A stretch of DNA of 63,997 nt, filler included, from Basidiobolus ranarum (GCA_040143965.1; 5 parts of 5 records of this genome joined end to end with filler, not necessarily neighbours in it), one strand, 5' to 3'; counted from the first letter of the whole stretch, positions 1 through 13,420 are shown. Notes: a model not told the origin generated them from the sequence alone. Program-made: numbers and translations.

Positions 1-99
1 TAATACTTAAGCTGCTATGCTTTGTGATCAAGGCAAGTTATTGTCTCTCCTTCAGGATAACACTTTAAGCCCTCAGCTTTGATAAATTCTGCTAGCTAT

Positions 100-1100
100 T
101 TATAGACCTTGCAGTTGACTATCCTTTATATGTTATAGAGTGGCATCATATCTGATTCAATTGGCACAAACTGAGGAACTTGCTAACTTATTAACTAACC
201 TCTCCTTGCTCTGTTATATTCTGGCAATTCAATGATCTGGTTGTGTGTATATCAAGTATTCAGTGTACTTTGCACACAAAGCTTAACAGATATAGTTTAC
301 ATACTAACTTAAGAGCCTGGCTTTTGGTCCCCAATATATCCCTGTTGTTTATATTATATGGTTTTTTAATCACACTCAGTTGAGACATTGCTTAGACTGT
401 TGCTACATGTGTTCCTATTTTAAACCTCTTAGTTTTAGCAGGACAGAACAGGGCATTTGACTAAATCTTTTACAAGGATTTCATTGTATCATAACTCTTT
501 TCTTAGTATATTGACCCAGTAGTGTGTAGACTGGACTTTTGGCTCATTAGATAGCTTTGATCACCAGGTGCTACACTACACATTCTTTACAATTAGTGCA
601 TTCACTACATGTGTTTTGCTTTAGGTAATTTCATTTTATCTCCTGTTGTGGCACTACATTTTTTTCTAAAGTTAACCTGCCAATAGAATATTCCAACCTG
701 CTCACAACATGCCAGTATTCATCCAGTCATGTAGCATCTGCTAGCACTCCTTGTGAATTGACATTTACTATTTGCCCTAGCATATATCTTTTGGCACATG
801 AATGGGAGTCATCTATATCTATATTGTGCAGAGTTTGCTTACAATTACTTAGTATCACACTTATTCTGTATGTGTTGCAATACTGAGATATAAAGGGCAT
901 TATCCTTGGTCCTGATTATACCTATTTCCTCAGATATCTGTACCACCCTAATCATTACTCAGAGTTTGTATTGGCATCTCTTAGATTTGACATTGGCTCC
1001 TCCCTAGGCTTGCATGCTTATGGCAGTATTTGACTTAGTATATCACTTCTTTGAGCACTGCAAAACGGTCAAAAATAATTATTCTAATATCACTCATATG
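100..1100 (-). mobile_element. Decayed Ty3/Gypsy-type pol (RT-RNase H) relic
   Basis: Minus-strand fragments with stops/frameshifts in Gypsy order: ~990-910 KRCQYKL..VVQISEEIGIIRT (PYR...GII RT N-terminus), ~460-440 DLVKCPVLS (L..APVL), FKIGTHVA (F..TDAS-like), YTQPDH (TDH-like). Nearly CpG-free. Boundaries approximate. Confidence 0.55.
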
Positions 1101-2199
1101 TAAATCTAATACATTGTGTATAATATGATTAGTCATCACAATATATGTGCTGTGCTTTGCATCATTCTGCATCTCTAATGTCTGGCCAATATGTATTTTG
1201 TTATACAATGCTCAAATGGCTGCCTCATGCTCCTTGTATACTGTTTTACCTAGACAAATGGGTTTTGTGAATGATGTTGGCATTCCAATAACTCAATTCT
1301 TGCTTTTTCCAACATTATTTATTGCAAGTTAATTTATTTATTGCCAGCAATTGCTAGGCTCAACTATAAATTGTTTTAACTTTGAAAACATCCGCAATTT
1401 TAATTCTCTAATGTTACAGTTCTTGTTAACTTTTGCCAGTATTTAGACCATGTGATTTGACTTGTGTTTTTATTCAAGTCTTTCCTAAATTGGTTTGCTT
1501 TCCATTTTAGTTGCAAAATATGTTTCATTTTGGTGACACAACATTGACAACATTATTATGTGTCATATTGAGCTACCATGCTGCCTTTAAAGTGTAAGAA
1601 TGTGGCAACCACAATTTAACTTCACATACATAGTTTCAATGTCAAACTCATCTGGAAAGGCTTGGTGCAAATTCTATTCTCCATTTCAGCTGCAGCAAAA
1701 ATTTCTTGACCGCATTGATTTCTTTCATCATGTTATACATAGAAAGCTCTATCACTAGTTGTTTAAAGTTCTTGTCAAAGAGAGGAATAAAGAAAGAGGC
1801 TTGGCTATGAACTTAAATACAGCAATGATTTGTTCAACTCTTTTTATAGTTTTAACAAGTGGATGATTGAATATAGCATGTTATTTCCAAACTTTAAGCA
1901 AATCCTAACTACCTGGTTTTTTCAACCTATAAGCTCTATCATAACAGGAATAAGAATATGTGCAAAACATCCTATTCATGGGTCTTATCTTGGTCAAATA
2001 CACTTCTTTTACTTAAAAAATCCGGTGAATCTATGGTTAAGCACATAAATAGGACTTATGCATTGGCATTTCAGCTCAGCTCCATTGCAGTATCTTTGAA
2101 TAGCAGTGCCCTAGTCTGCAAATACTTTATAGTATGCCCAATAAGTTAGGGAGATTCACAACTGCTGCATAGTCAAGTGTGGAGGCTTTAACACCACAA

Positions 2200-3990
2200 T
2201 AAAAAAGTCACAGCTATTACAGTGAGCAATCAAGGAGTTTGAACTCTCAGTAAAATACTGAGCATCAGATATTGAAAAGTGCCCACAATGCGCATGCATT
2301 TTGCTGACACAGTGATTTAAGATATCATATTTGTTAGAAAATGAGGCTATGCTGGGAAATAAAGCTGAACAAATGGATCCAAAATTACATTGTTTCAAGC
2401 TTATGAATTCAAAGTAGAAAAAAAATGCACATGTGTGACAACTAGCTATATTGGTAACAGAACAGATGGCTGCTTTAAAACCTCTACAGATCAAGGTTAA
2501 TTATAGCAATATCTTAATTTGTATCTCACTTTTGTAAGTTCACAAAAATATAGCAGTACATTGTACAAAGTACTGTATGCTATTTTTCATTGATTGAAAA
2601 TGTAAACTTGGATATTGCTTCACATTTGAAATTCTGAAGTATGAGGTGTATGTAAACAACTTTACTCAATGATGTAGACAGAAGCATTAAAAGCATCAGT
2701 GATGCTGTTAAAGAAGCATAATACTGCTCTAATAGCTTTTTTTTGCTCTAAGAATGAATGTGTTTAACAAACAATTGTTTCCTAATCTCAACAACAAGAC
2801 TAAGTAATGAGATATTTCAATAGTCCCCTAGCAACAATGTGAAGAGTACTATTTATGGTTGAAAGTCAGGATACTACTGTTGGGCTGAACTTAGTTCCGC
2901 TAAAGTCAATATCAAAGTGGCACCTAACAAGATTACAACTCAACCTGATCTATCTGAGGATTTAAATCAAATGTCAAACTTCTTAGGATTTTTAGTTGCA
3001 CCATTTGTTATTTCATTTCAGCCTTAAAGGCTTGGTAGTATGATCTTGAAAGGTGCTAAAGGTTAACTTAGCAGCTGCTATGCAAGATCTACAGTTAAGA
3101 AGGTTTCTAATGTAAGGAATTAGATGTCATAAATGTTGCAGATGTACATTTAAAAAACAGACTGTTTTAAACTTTCTGTATTAGTTTAATATGCAGTTAA
3201 CCCAGTCCACACAGTCTGAACCAATATACCAAAGTCATGCTTGGTCTTAATCTAATATAATCACAAGTCTTGTGTAACTCACATTGCAAGATATTTCTGG
3301 TTAAAAAAGTTCACTTGAAAGGAGAAGTTGACCTAGAAAGTAGCTATAATGTTTGCATGGTGATTAGTTTTTTAGAAGCTATTTATTGACATACCCACAA
3401 CTCTAGATCAAGCCCCATAATATCTAGAATTTGAGTTCTAAATACAGGCTGAATAACTTTCTGCATTGCAACAGAATAAATGACATTCTGCCTGTGTCAA
3501 CAATAGTTAAACTAAGCATTCAATCTGGTATAATGTCACCAACTCACAATTTACTCATAAATAATCCACACAACCAATATTGCAGTATCCTGGCACAGTT
3601 GTACATGTAGTGCCTAAATATATGAGGATTCTTAATGCACCAAACTTGCAGGGTTATAGCAAAGCTTACTTATCAAATAAACTGATACCAAAAAAGCAAA
3701 ACTTCAGGATACTTTATCTAGATAGTGGAGCTGGAAAATAGAATTGCAAGAAGCCACTAAAAGTGGAGTTTGGGACAGTCTATGCTGAGGCATATAAAGT
3801 TGTATAGCTAAGGAAGCTACTTGCAGACTAAGGATACATGAAATAAGGTGTTATTATTTTGTTTAAGACAATTGAATTTTTTTTTTGTTGGCTAAGCAGA
3901 ATATGCTTCATATTGGTTACTCACATCCTGGCCAAACCTTTAACTAAAGCATTTTTGGAATTATAAACAAAGAGCTTGTCTAAAGAAGAT
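2200..3990 (+). mobile_element. Decayed Ty1/Copia pol relic
   Basis: Copia RNase H motifs in order: KTSGYF (~3698-3715, cf. RKSTSGY), KVV*LRKLLAD*GY (~3795-3837, cf. WLRxLLxDLG), HILAKPLTK (~3922-3948, cf. ADILTKPL); upstream MLFFID resembles the integrase F(I/V)DD strand. Confidence 0.65.
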
Positions 3991-4249
3991 ATAAAGTTGT
4001 TATTTGAGTGCAACTGCAGAACTGGAGTAAATAGCAACTCATTTTTTTATAGTCTGGTTATTAATATATTATCACTTAGAACTGAATTTGGAGATATTGC
4101 ACCACTGATACTTATATTGGCAGGCCAGATGACAGCTTGTTCTTATACTGTTTACTAGTCTGACTGTTGGATCAAATTCTGATTACAATGTTTTAGGGCT
4201 GGCAGAGTAAGCAATTGAAAAAACAAGGCTCACAAAAACAATATGGTCA

Positions 4250-5420
4250 AGTAATTTTTGAATTAGTAAAGGGATATGTAAAGTGACATTGTGATGATTG
4301 GACTATGATAGCTTTTCATCTGATCCACTGTGACTTTATATTGGCAAATGGTGTTGCTACTGACTAATTCTATTGGCTATCTACAAGGTTAATAACTGCT
4401 GTATCTGCAGATATACATCAAAGTAAAATACTTTTTACTGATGCATTAGATCTAGCATATAAAAAGTAATACTTCCACTGCTGTATTTAGCAAGCTCCAA
4501 CAGGCAACTAATATATTTCTCAGCTAACTAAAGCCTACATTCATTGTTTATAGCAACAACACTTATTATGTCAGTGTGGCAAATACCTACTATACTCATC
4601 ATTACTTTAGTACATTCCTCATTGAGTAGCATTGCTTAAGTAGGATGCTGTGAAACAGTGAATATAAGTATTAATCATAGAAAAGCCTTTGAATTTTTCA
4701 TGTCACAATGCTTGTTGCATGGGCAGCAGTGTTGTAAAAGCAGCAATGTACTCCAAATGCTATATATAACTAGTGGCCTTCACAGTACTGGTGAATATTT
4801 GACAGCTAAAGCTGATTGGCATAACATATTGTCCACATGGCTAGGAAAAGGGATGTCAGACCTTTTTCTGTTTATCATTTTGCAGGGATTGTTTCTCAAA
4901 AAGCTTCCAAGTACTTCTCCAAGCTAGTGTTCTATGATCAGCCCTATAGAAGAGGTTAGTAGTGGCTGACTAGTGCTTGTCAATGCTGATGGAAAGTACT
5001 CAGACTATGTTTGAAGCAATAAATTGCCCAAGTCCCAAACTCCAACCAGTATTATTTTGCAAGCAATGATGGATAGTAAGTGGCTGCTTCTTGTTGGCAC
5101 CCCTTCTTTATTGCCTCTATCAGAGTATGAACCATATTGCTACTGGACTTTCATATATTCATGTATTTGCTTTTCCTGCCTGAATCAATATCTAAGCTCT
5201 TGCCAGGTTGAGCTGTAACATCATTTAAAAAAACACAGGTGCTGGTAATGCACAGGTATACTGTTGTATAGAAAGGCAAGATTGCTCAAACATTTTACCT
5301 ATGCTGGTTGCAGTCTCAGTCAGCATGGTAGCCTACAATGGTGTTATGGATATAAATACACAGATGATCTAAGGATATTTCACACTCTTCAGAACCCAAG
5401 AGATCATTAATGTGGCCATA
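4250..5420 (+). mobile_element. Decayed DIRS/Ngaro-type YR retrotransposon (RNase H + tyrosine recombinase)
   Basis: ILFTDALDLAY (~4428-4460, cf. FTDAS..GYG), SNNTYYV (DN..V), YIP...LSR (~4612-4643), then YAGCSL / VSMVAYNGVMDINTQMI*G (~5300-5375, cf. Y.GHSLR.G.AS.AA..G..D..IQ..GRW). Confidence 0.55.
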
Positions 5421-5479
5421 ATTCACTAATAGGATTACCATGACAACATTAACTAAATACAAGAATGTTTGCACTATTC

Positions 5480-6300
5480 ACTGATAACTAATAGCACTTT
5501 AACTCCATACTTTTCATTATGAACCCACTTACTCTTGTACTTTAAAGCAACCAGTTAGACCTCTAACTTTCACTTGTTTACTTCTTCAAGCTTTTACTGT
5601 GATTTGTTCAATATCACTAATCACACACCTTTCTCTTGACATAGTGCCAGATTTTGCTGTATATATTTTATTAGATAAAGTATTCTATTTATGCAGCTCA
5701 ATATTGAAAAGCAAAGGTCAGCTTACAACTGGTAGTGAGGGTTTGCAAGTATAAGCTAAGTTTAGTCTCACAAAGCTTAGTGATGGAGACTTACTTTATT
5801 TCACTCTATATTAATTCAGCTGAATATTTACCTCCATTTTTGCAGAGCTACAAGGGGCTTTCTCACTATTAAATGAATATATAGATATACTGCTAGTAAA
5901 AAGACCACTCGGAACTCTTGCAATTGAATTTTACAAGTGTATTTTGGCAATAAAAACAAGGAGGTTCCAATATATGGAATACTGATGCTTACACTTTATA
6001 CTTGCATAGCATTAAACATTGTATAGGCACTTTGTATTTGTACAACAGCATCTGTTGATTCATAACCAACAGTCTGGCATCACTTATAGAACTTCTATGC
6101 AAATTTGAGCTTGCTTCCTAATAAACATGCTGCAAAGAAATCCTTTCTGACTATAACATTTAGAACAGGAAGTGCTTTGGTTGTCAACATTGCTGCAATC
6201 CTATGCTTCAGAAATGTTATTTTAAAATGATTGCCATAAACCATCAAGTTTAGAACTTGAAAGGAATTTTCAATTGTATTTCATCCAAACTCTTGTTTCT
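5480..6300 (-). mobile_element. Decayed Copia GAG-pre-integrase/integrase fragment
   Basis: Minus strand LWQ..., AACLLGSK (cf. C.AC..GKQ), STDAV (cf. HTDV), NGGKY (cf. DNGGEY), INRIL (cf. NRTL) in the expected order, with many stops. Confidence 0.5.
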
Positions 6301-7149
6301 CTTGATTTGCTTACATAATGCATGTTGAGTGTTAAAAAATCAAACTAATAAACTTGATGAATTCTAGTTTGAGGTACATTGAGTTGAAATTAGTTAGTGA
6401 CAAAGTTAACAGGTTTCCGTGATAAGTAGTGTTGGAAGATGAGGCTGTTGTTAGATCAAAGCAGTAAGAAAAATTGGCTTATGTAGTTTGTCAAAGTAGC
6501 TTTGTGAGTATGAAGTTACTTCATCTATGCCAATTATCAAAAATAAACTGAATTGTATGATTTTACTTCTTTTTTAGTGTTTTGGATTGTTTTGGGTATT
6601 AATCAATCAACTAAATATAGTTTTAATTGGTGTTAAGTTACAAAATGGTGGTTTTCTGCCTTGTACATGCTGCAATTACTTGTATCAAGGTACAACAGTT
6701 TTGGGCATTTTTTAGTGGCTACCAATGGTGCTGCTACACACTTATTTCCATTTTCACTGCTTACTTGATTTAAATGCTCAGCCTTTTTATTACATCTTCC
6801 TTTGTAATCATTGATCAAATAGCTTAAATATCTTAACAAAACTAAATCACATATATCATTTGAGCAACACCACTATGCTAGGCTACAGGCCGTTATATTT
6901 CCTCTTCTAGAATTTAGTTTGATAGACATTGTGAAAGAATGAATCTACCACTTTATTGCTTGAAAGCCTTTAAATATCATATTCAAATTTTGTACCTTGG
7001 ATTCTTAGTCTGATGCTATAATTATTGATATATATTTCTACAGTGAGGCTCTGGTTGATTCTTTGATGTTGTTGGCTTAGGCTTGGTCTCATATTCTATA
7101 TTTACTATTGAATTATCCAAATTTACATACATTGAAAGCATTTTCTGTC

Positions 7150-10100
7150 AATGTAAGCTTGATAGCTAGACTCTGAGCCATATGGTGCCCATGAAGTTAT
7201 AACAAAGTATTGTGGCTGTTTCATCTAGCCTATGTGCCTTAATCAATATTACTAAGTGGTTTATCTGATTTTAGAGTATTGCTCACAGACACCAATCACA
7301 TAGTGCCACAATGTAAATTAGCCTTCAGCCACTCTCTGATTTATTCTGCTTTAAAATGTTAGGTTTGCAAACAATGTAAATGTTGATATATAGCTCATTG
7401 CTGATTAAGTCTAAGCCAACAAAGTTACTGTTTTTGAGTAAACCTTGGTACAATAACAATAGTCTGGCTTGCCCACTTTTTTTATGCACAGGTCAATATT
7501 TCTGCAATTTCTGCCAGGTTTGATGAGTAAGCTGCTTTTCTGCAAAGAGTAATACACTTTGAATATAATGGATATATAGAGAGAAGTGGCCCCAGGTACC
7601 AAAGAGTTTTTCTCCCATTTTCTAATACAATCATTATCCAAGATGGTAATATTCAATTTTTGCTCCACACTACATTTTGACAACTCAGAATGTTGAGGAG
7701 GCAGATAGGTCTCCAATTCAATTTGTTAGGAGTATTATTTGCTATAGTTTCAATAATGAATTGGCTGAATCAGATCTGGGAGTGATACTATATGTCATAT
7801 CAGAATCTATTTGTGATAACATCAAAATTCCATGAGTAGTGGTATTTTTGAATTAAAGTGATTCTAACTAACAGTTTTGTGTTACCTGACTCTCTATTTA
7901 CAAGATTGAAGTGGTCTTCTGCGCAGTTTTTCTGTTGTGCTAAAATTGAATGAACTCAGTTGGAACTTTTAGAGATATAAGCTATCAATGAATGTAGATG
8001 ATTAACTGAGGAAATACAATTATTTTCACTTGTTATTATTCTGAAGTAAATCTGTTGTGTCTATTTACAATTTGAGAAAGAATGGTAACTGTTGCAATCC
8101 AGCTTCATCAAAGAATTGAAGTATATCTGCAGATTGAGTACATAGCAAGAGTTTGATCTCTTAAACATTTCTGTCATAATATAATGACCAACATGAGTTG
8201 ACTTGGATCATTTGGACATATTCAATATTGATCTATCATCAGATATTTGAACTTTACCAGTAAACTGTCACAGTGCTTCTCAATACTACCTAATATGAAG
8301 TTCCCAAAGTTTATGCTTTGACAAATGCTTGAATGCTTTAAATGCTATCAGCACTATTGTCAGGCCAAAAGTATCAAGATGGGAAATCACTAACATATCA
8401 AATGCAAAGCACTGGTTTGTTCATGTTGAATAAAGCTAACTGCTTTTGTATCTAAACTATCATGGATTGTACAATTTAACCATACAAGTTATTGTACTTT
8501 AACTTTGGATGTATCATCTAGCATATTCTTATTGAATTACGGACTATTGCCACTTTATCATATATAGCAAACTCTCTTTAACTGTAGAAAGGATGAGTTG
8601 GATAGCTAGCTCAGGTTAAGTATTAAGTTATCATTAGGAGTTGGTCACAACACTAGGCATGTCCTAGGCCATGTTTGTTGTCTTATTAATTTATATTCTG
8701 CAACTCAACTAACTTAAGTAAGGATAAAGCTATTACAAACAGAAAGTAATGTATCTATGGCCCCTGTATCCTAGTTGGGAATAAGTCTATCTTAATCACC
8801 CATATGTTGTATTACTCACACATACTTATTTGATCTTATTACAGGAATACTTCCCTTACTGAAATTTGTGGATTGTTATTGCAAGAAACCTGTCACAATT
8901 TTAATCTATTTTGGTTTGACTATATACTTATCACCATAAAATCATCAAGTTGGATTTGATTTTAGCCAATTTTTTTAGTTTCAGGAGTGATGTATCACAT
9001 GATTGGCTATAATCTTAGAAAACTCTGGATCAGCACATATGCAAGAATTATAACTCAAATTTTACACATTTACCACTCAAATGCTAATTGGTCATCTTTG
9101 AAATCACCAGTTTCTTTGACATATTTGCCTGAATACTTCAACAGAGCTTGTCATATGCAGGTTTAGAGCTGATCCAACATAAGTTTGTATCAACATCACC
9201 ATCAAGGCCCATCATTGCATTAACAATGCTAAATCAACATTCTTCCAGCTAGCTGGTAGATACCCTGCAAGATTGTACCACTCTCTATCAAGTTCTGTGC
9301 AGATATCTGCATGGTCAATACCAGACTGGTTGTCAAGTTGAATGTCTTTTTCTGAAGCCACTTGATGTATGCTTGCACTGCATTTTTCCCTTTATGCTTT
9401 TGAAATTATCCTTCAAGCGCTTTGACTGCTTTTATACATCCTTGTAGTGTGACACTTTCCAATCTGCTTCTGCAATGTTTGAGGAGTTTTTTGCTTGCCT
9501 TTGAATTTGGGGCTGACTCTGACACTTTCAAATGTACCAGTGAAGGTTGGGGTGCTGTGGGTTTTAAATGCTGGTGTTTTAGATTGTTGAGAGATGCCAG
9601 GTGCTGAATAAACATCCAACTTTTGCACTCTTGCAACAGGTGTACTTTGCTGCACAGTAAAGTCAATCCCTTTTGCCAATGTATCTGCTGGTATATCTAA
9701 CTCCAGAAATATGGATATTTGTGATAAAGCAAACAATTTAGTAGGTGGGACATCAGAGCCAAAAATTAATGGCTGCATTGGTTTTCCCTTGCATTTACTT
9801 ACTTCCTGCTGCTTTAGTACAGCTTTAGCTGCTTTTCTTTATTTTTCAAGTTGATAATTGCATACATTTCTGAAATGTATCATGAGTAGACCAATGTTAG
9901 CCCAATTGCCATTTGCTTGCAAAAACTCAGGATAAGCCACTTGAATTAAGTCAAGAACCTTTTGAACAATGTTTGGTATTGGTTTTTCCATGATTCACAA
10001 GAAGCTAGGTGCTTTTTGGCAAAATTTCACACCATTTCCAAAATGTTAAATCATTCATCATCAGAGCAGGTGCCAGCAGCTCTGACATTCAGAGTCTTTT

Positions 10101-10450
10101 GGTTTGCTGGCTCTCCTAAGAGATTTCTGTTTTCATGTGCCTAAGCAATTATGGGCTGTTGTGTAGGCTTAATAGTCCATGAAACACTCTGTGCTGCCTG
10201 ACTGTCAAGGTAACATTCATATGTATGGTATGGAATGGGATTGATTGATAACCCAAATGAGAATGGACAAAGGGAGCAGCATGCAGTTTTAGATCAAGTA
10301 CAACATTGCAAAGATCTTGCAACAATTGTGAATGACTCTCTAACTGTTGTATAGTTGCTTGAAAATATGGCATTGATTGCAATATTGCCACATTATTGCT
10401 TTTCATAGCCTGTATAGCAGCTTTATAGTTTTTACTTACAATCATTTACA
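7150..10450 (-). mobile_element. Second decayed DIRS/Ngaro-type YR retrotransposon (gag-like ORF, RT, RNase H, YR)
   Basis: Minus strand order: low-complexity gag-like ORF remnants (10445-9406); RT QLDDFMVI (~8950-8927) then GSIPV..K..VIQHMG..ID; RNase H-like LDDTSK, ISHLDTF, HCDS, IEYV (~8520-8215); YR box GTM*LVSVSN (~7307-7278), which becomes TMRSVSASN when TpG is reverted to CpG. Confidence 0.55.
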
Positions 10451-12970
10451 AAGCATTATGGCATTGAGCCTGAGATTCCCATGTTGTAATGATGCTATCT
10501 AAATTGTCTACAGAGGGGTGTTAAATAGTTGGCAAAGCAGGTATTTTGGAATTGAAGGTCTTGATGATATTTCTGTTCAACTTTGCTCAACTATTAATTT
10601 GCTATGTAACTGGGGAATTGTAATCTCATCACTTACCCTAATGCTAGAAGGAACACATCTGGGTGATTGACTGAGGCTTCATCATTATTTGAGTTAGTTC
10701 CCAGCTTGTTAATGCCTTTCAAAGTGGATAGTGAATTGCTAGACTGCTCATGAATTAAGTCCTCTGTTCTTGCTGCTTTTTTCTTTCCTGCCAGCAGGCT
10801 TTTGCTTGGAAGCCAATTTTAATGTAAATTTTGAATGCTTGTTTAATGGCATTGAAATACTTGCATGGCAAACTTGGTGTTACAAAATTGCTTAGAAACC
10901 ACTTACAAATGACCAAAATTGCCACGCATTGTTGGAAATATCTTGTGAATCCCCTGATGACCCACCGCTGATACTGTCTCAGAATTCACTGATGATATTA
11001 ATGGGATATATTTAAAATACTACCCTTTTGTAGCAAGGGTTGTTTTCATTCATATCCTTCTGATGCCACAGAACAAATGCTTAAAGAAGCCCTGCTATCA
11101 CTGTTGTAAGATATTGTCCCATGAAAGCTGGAGGCTGCAAAGAAATAACAATCATAAGCACTCTCATTGTACAAAGCCATCAGCTGCACAAAGCCTGGTG
11201 AGTATCAATAGTAACAAATCTACAAAAACAACTTTAGTTTCGCCTGCAGAGTCCATTGGCTGTGCTTTAACTCAAAGTTTTGGTAACACTACTGAAAGTC
11301 AAGTTACTGTGGAGTTACTGCTGTTATATGACCAGAATGATGTGGGTAGAAGTGCAAGTTTGGTTTAACCAGTAAGTCCAGAAAACTTTGAGGATGTGCT
11401 GCTACATGTTGACCTTGATTATTTTAGTACTGATAGAAGTTTATCAGAAGAAGATGATTCAGACAACAATGGTTTTATTATGGACTCTTTGCTATTAGCA
11501 AGCATTAGTCCACTCATAACACTTACAGTAAAGGAAGCAGCGTTGACTATTTAGGGGTAGAGAATTCAATCCTATCTTAGTAACCAGGTGTTTAAGGTTT
11601 TATTACTCTCTTAGAACAGTTGATTGGCATCTGTTGCTGGCCACAGACCTGATACAAGTGGAAAACACTTGCCAATTGTATGACTGTTAATCCATCAGTA
11701 AATAATCTATCTTCCTGTCCAGATGATTGTTTGGCTTCCACTGGTGATCTGAAAAACCTGGAGCGGTGTACTGTTTGTACACAATTTGTGATCACTGAAT
11801 CAGGTAAATATTGTTCATATTGGGCATATATATCATTGATGCCTTGTATTAAAGTAATGATGAAATCATCCAAATATAGATCATTAATCCAATACCAAAG
11901 TGTTCCCCATAAAGCTGATGGTATACCAATATACTTGATAGATAGCACTACAAGAATCTGAAAAGTCAAGATTTCTTTGAGAACATAGATTATCATGCAT
12001 TTGCATTGGCACTGACCAATTTCTCACTAAAAAAATATACCACCAGAAAGGCTTGCTGGCTAATATTGTTAATTAACTTAAATCTTCCTCCTTCTAAACA
12101 ATAAAAGAGTCATAATATTTTGACACTATCCATTATTTCTGGTAAATTACCAGTGCTTGTGAAGAGCTTCTTAGAGTCTTTGATTGTGGAATTGGAATAG
12201 TTCCCTAATGTGGTTCAGATGGGTCATTATTGATATAAACCTGAAATCTTTGTATGTATTGGTGACACACCTGCCATCAGTAAACTCAGAGGTTTGTGTG
12301 GGCATAATGCACTGTCTTGCAGCAGATTCTGTTAGAATAATGGAGTTTGTTCTACTAGGTATACATATTACTATTATCCAAATACAACACCAATCTCTAT
12401 GATTTTGCCATCAAGAGCCCAGTTAGACTTCAATATACTCACTGATATCAGTTAACCAAATAGCAAGTCTGGCAATAAGCATGGGATTAGCCTTAAGCCT
12501 AAGATCATATTGCCAATGGGGATCAGCTAGAGCCAGAGCTCCCAATTAAGCAATATGCACATGCTATTCAAGAACATTCCATTACTACTTACTCAGCTGT
12601 AAAGTGAAGAATTCAATCTGCATGAGCTAAATGAGATAGGACCAGAGTTTTAATTGATTGGAAAATGCTTGAAACCATCAAGATTCCATTATAATGCACC
12701 AGAACTCCCATCAATATCAACTCATCCAGGTATTTATTTTGATGCAAAAATTGGGAGTATTGTATATGTATATATTCAAGTGGAATCTTGAAAAGATCTG
12801 TGCCTGTTAAGTATTGGCCATATTGGTAGTTGTTTGTGGATATTGTCCATATATTCTTATGGCATCAACTCACATTTGCAGATCTCAGGCCAATACAGTG
12901 ACTGTGCAAAGTCTTGTATTTGGATATGAGGAAGATTATTTCAGGTTTAAAGAAGATGGACTGCATCTAT

Positions 12971-13070
12971 NNNNNNNNNNNNNNNNNNNNNNNNNNNNNN
13001 NNNNNNNNNNNNNNTTAATTAATTAANNNNNNNNNNNNNNNNNNNNNNNNNNNNNNNNNNNNNNNNNNNN
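12971..13070. other. Artificial contig-joining spacer (N44-TTAATTAATTAA-N44)
   Basis: Identical 100-nt spacer with a six-frame stop core, repeated four times in the window. Confidence 0.97.
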
Positions 13071-13170
13071 AAGTCTGTCTAACTCTACACCATATCAAGC
13101 TTGGTTTGGAGTTAAACCTGATGTAAAACATTTGAGGATCTTTGGATGCATTGCTTATGTCAAAATTATG
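13071..13170 (+). mobile_element. Copia integrase C-terminal fragment
   Basis: Translates TPYQAWFGVKPDVKHLRIFGCIAYVKI, the canonical Copia TPYE.W.G.KP...HLR.FGC.AY motif; cut by the contig edge and followed by a different repeat. Confidence 0.85.
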
Positions 13171-13174
13171 ACCA

Positions 13175-13249
13175 AAAATCAATAAGTGAAAACCACCAAT
13201 TCCTCTAATTCTCCAAACCACTTCCAACAGGCTCCCAAATACTTTAACA
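13175..13249 (+). repeat. Dispersed repeat copy A (inverted relative to the copy at 16287)
   Basis: ~75 bp whose reverse complement matches 16287-16360 with only a few mismatches (tgttaaagtatttgggagcctgttggaagtggtttggagaattaga...ttggtggttttcacttattgattt). Confidence 0.9.
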
Positions 13250-13304
13250 ATTCTAACTTGGCTTATTTATTTGTTGACTTTATTTAAATTGATACATAAA
13301 TATT

Positions 13305-13420
13305 ACACCTTCTGGTGCTTATGATCCCCCTAACCCTTATATTCTGGCCTGGCTTACTTGTTTATTGGCTTTGATTAAAAAGATAAAAAACTACTACACC
13401 TTCTGGTGCTTTTCATCCCC
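13305..13420 (+). repeat. Imperfect direct repeat, 90-bp period
   Basis: tacaccttctggtgcttatgatccccc (~13304) and tacaccttctggtgcttttcatccccc (~13395). Confidence 0.75.

Noticed and set aside
11592..11996. YLDDFII read as a reverse transcriptase active site
   Set aside because: Flanks lack other RT motifs (no LPFG upstream, no K...FLG downstream); treated as part of an unknown ORF.
13015..13026. TTAATTAATTAA palindrome as a biological site
   Set aside because: Centred in N-runs and identical at all four joins; artificial stop linker.
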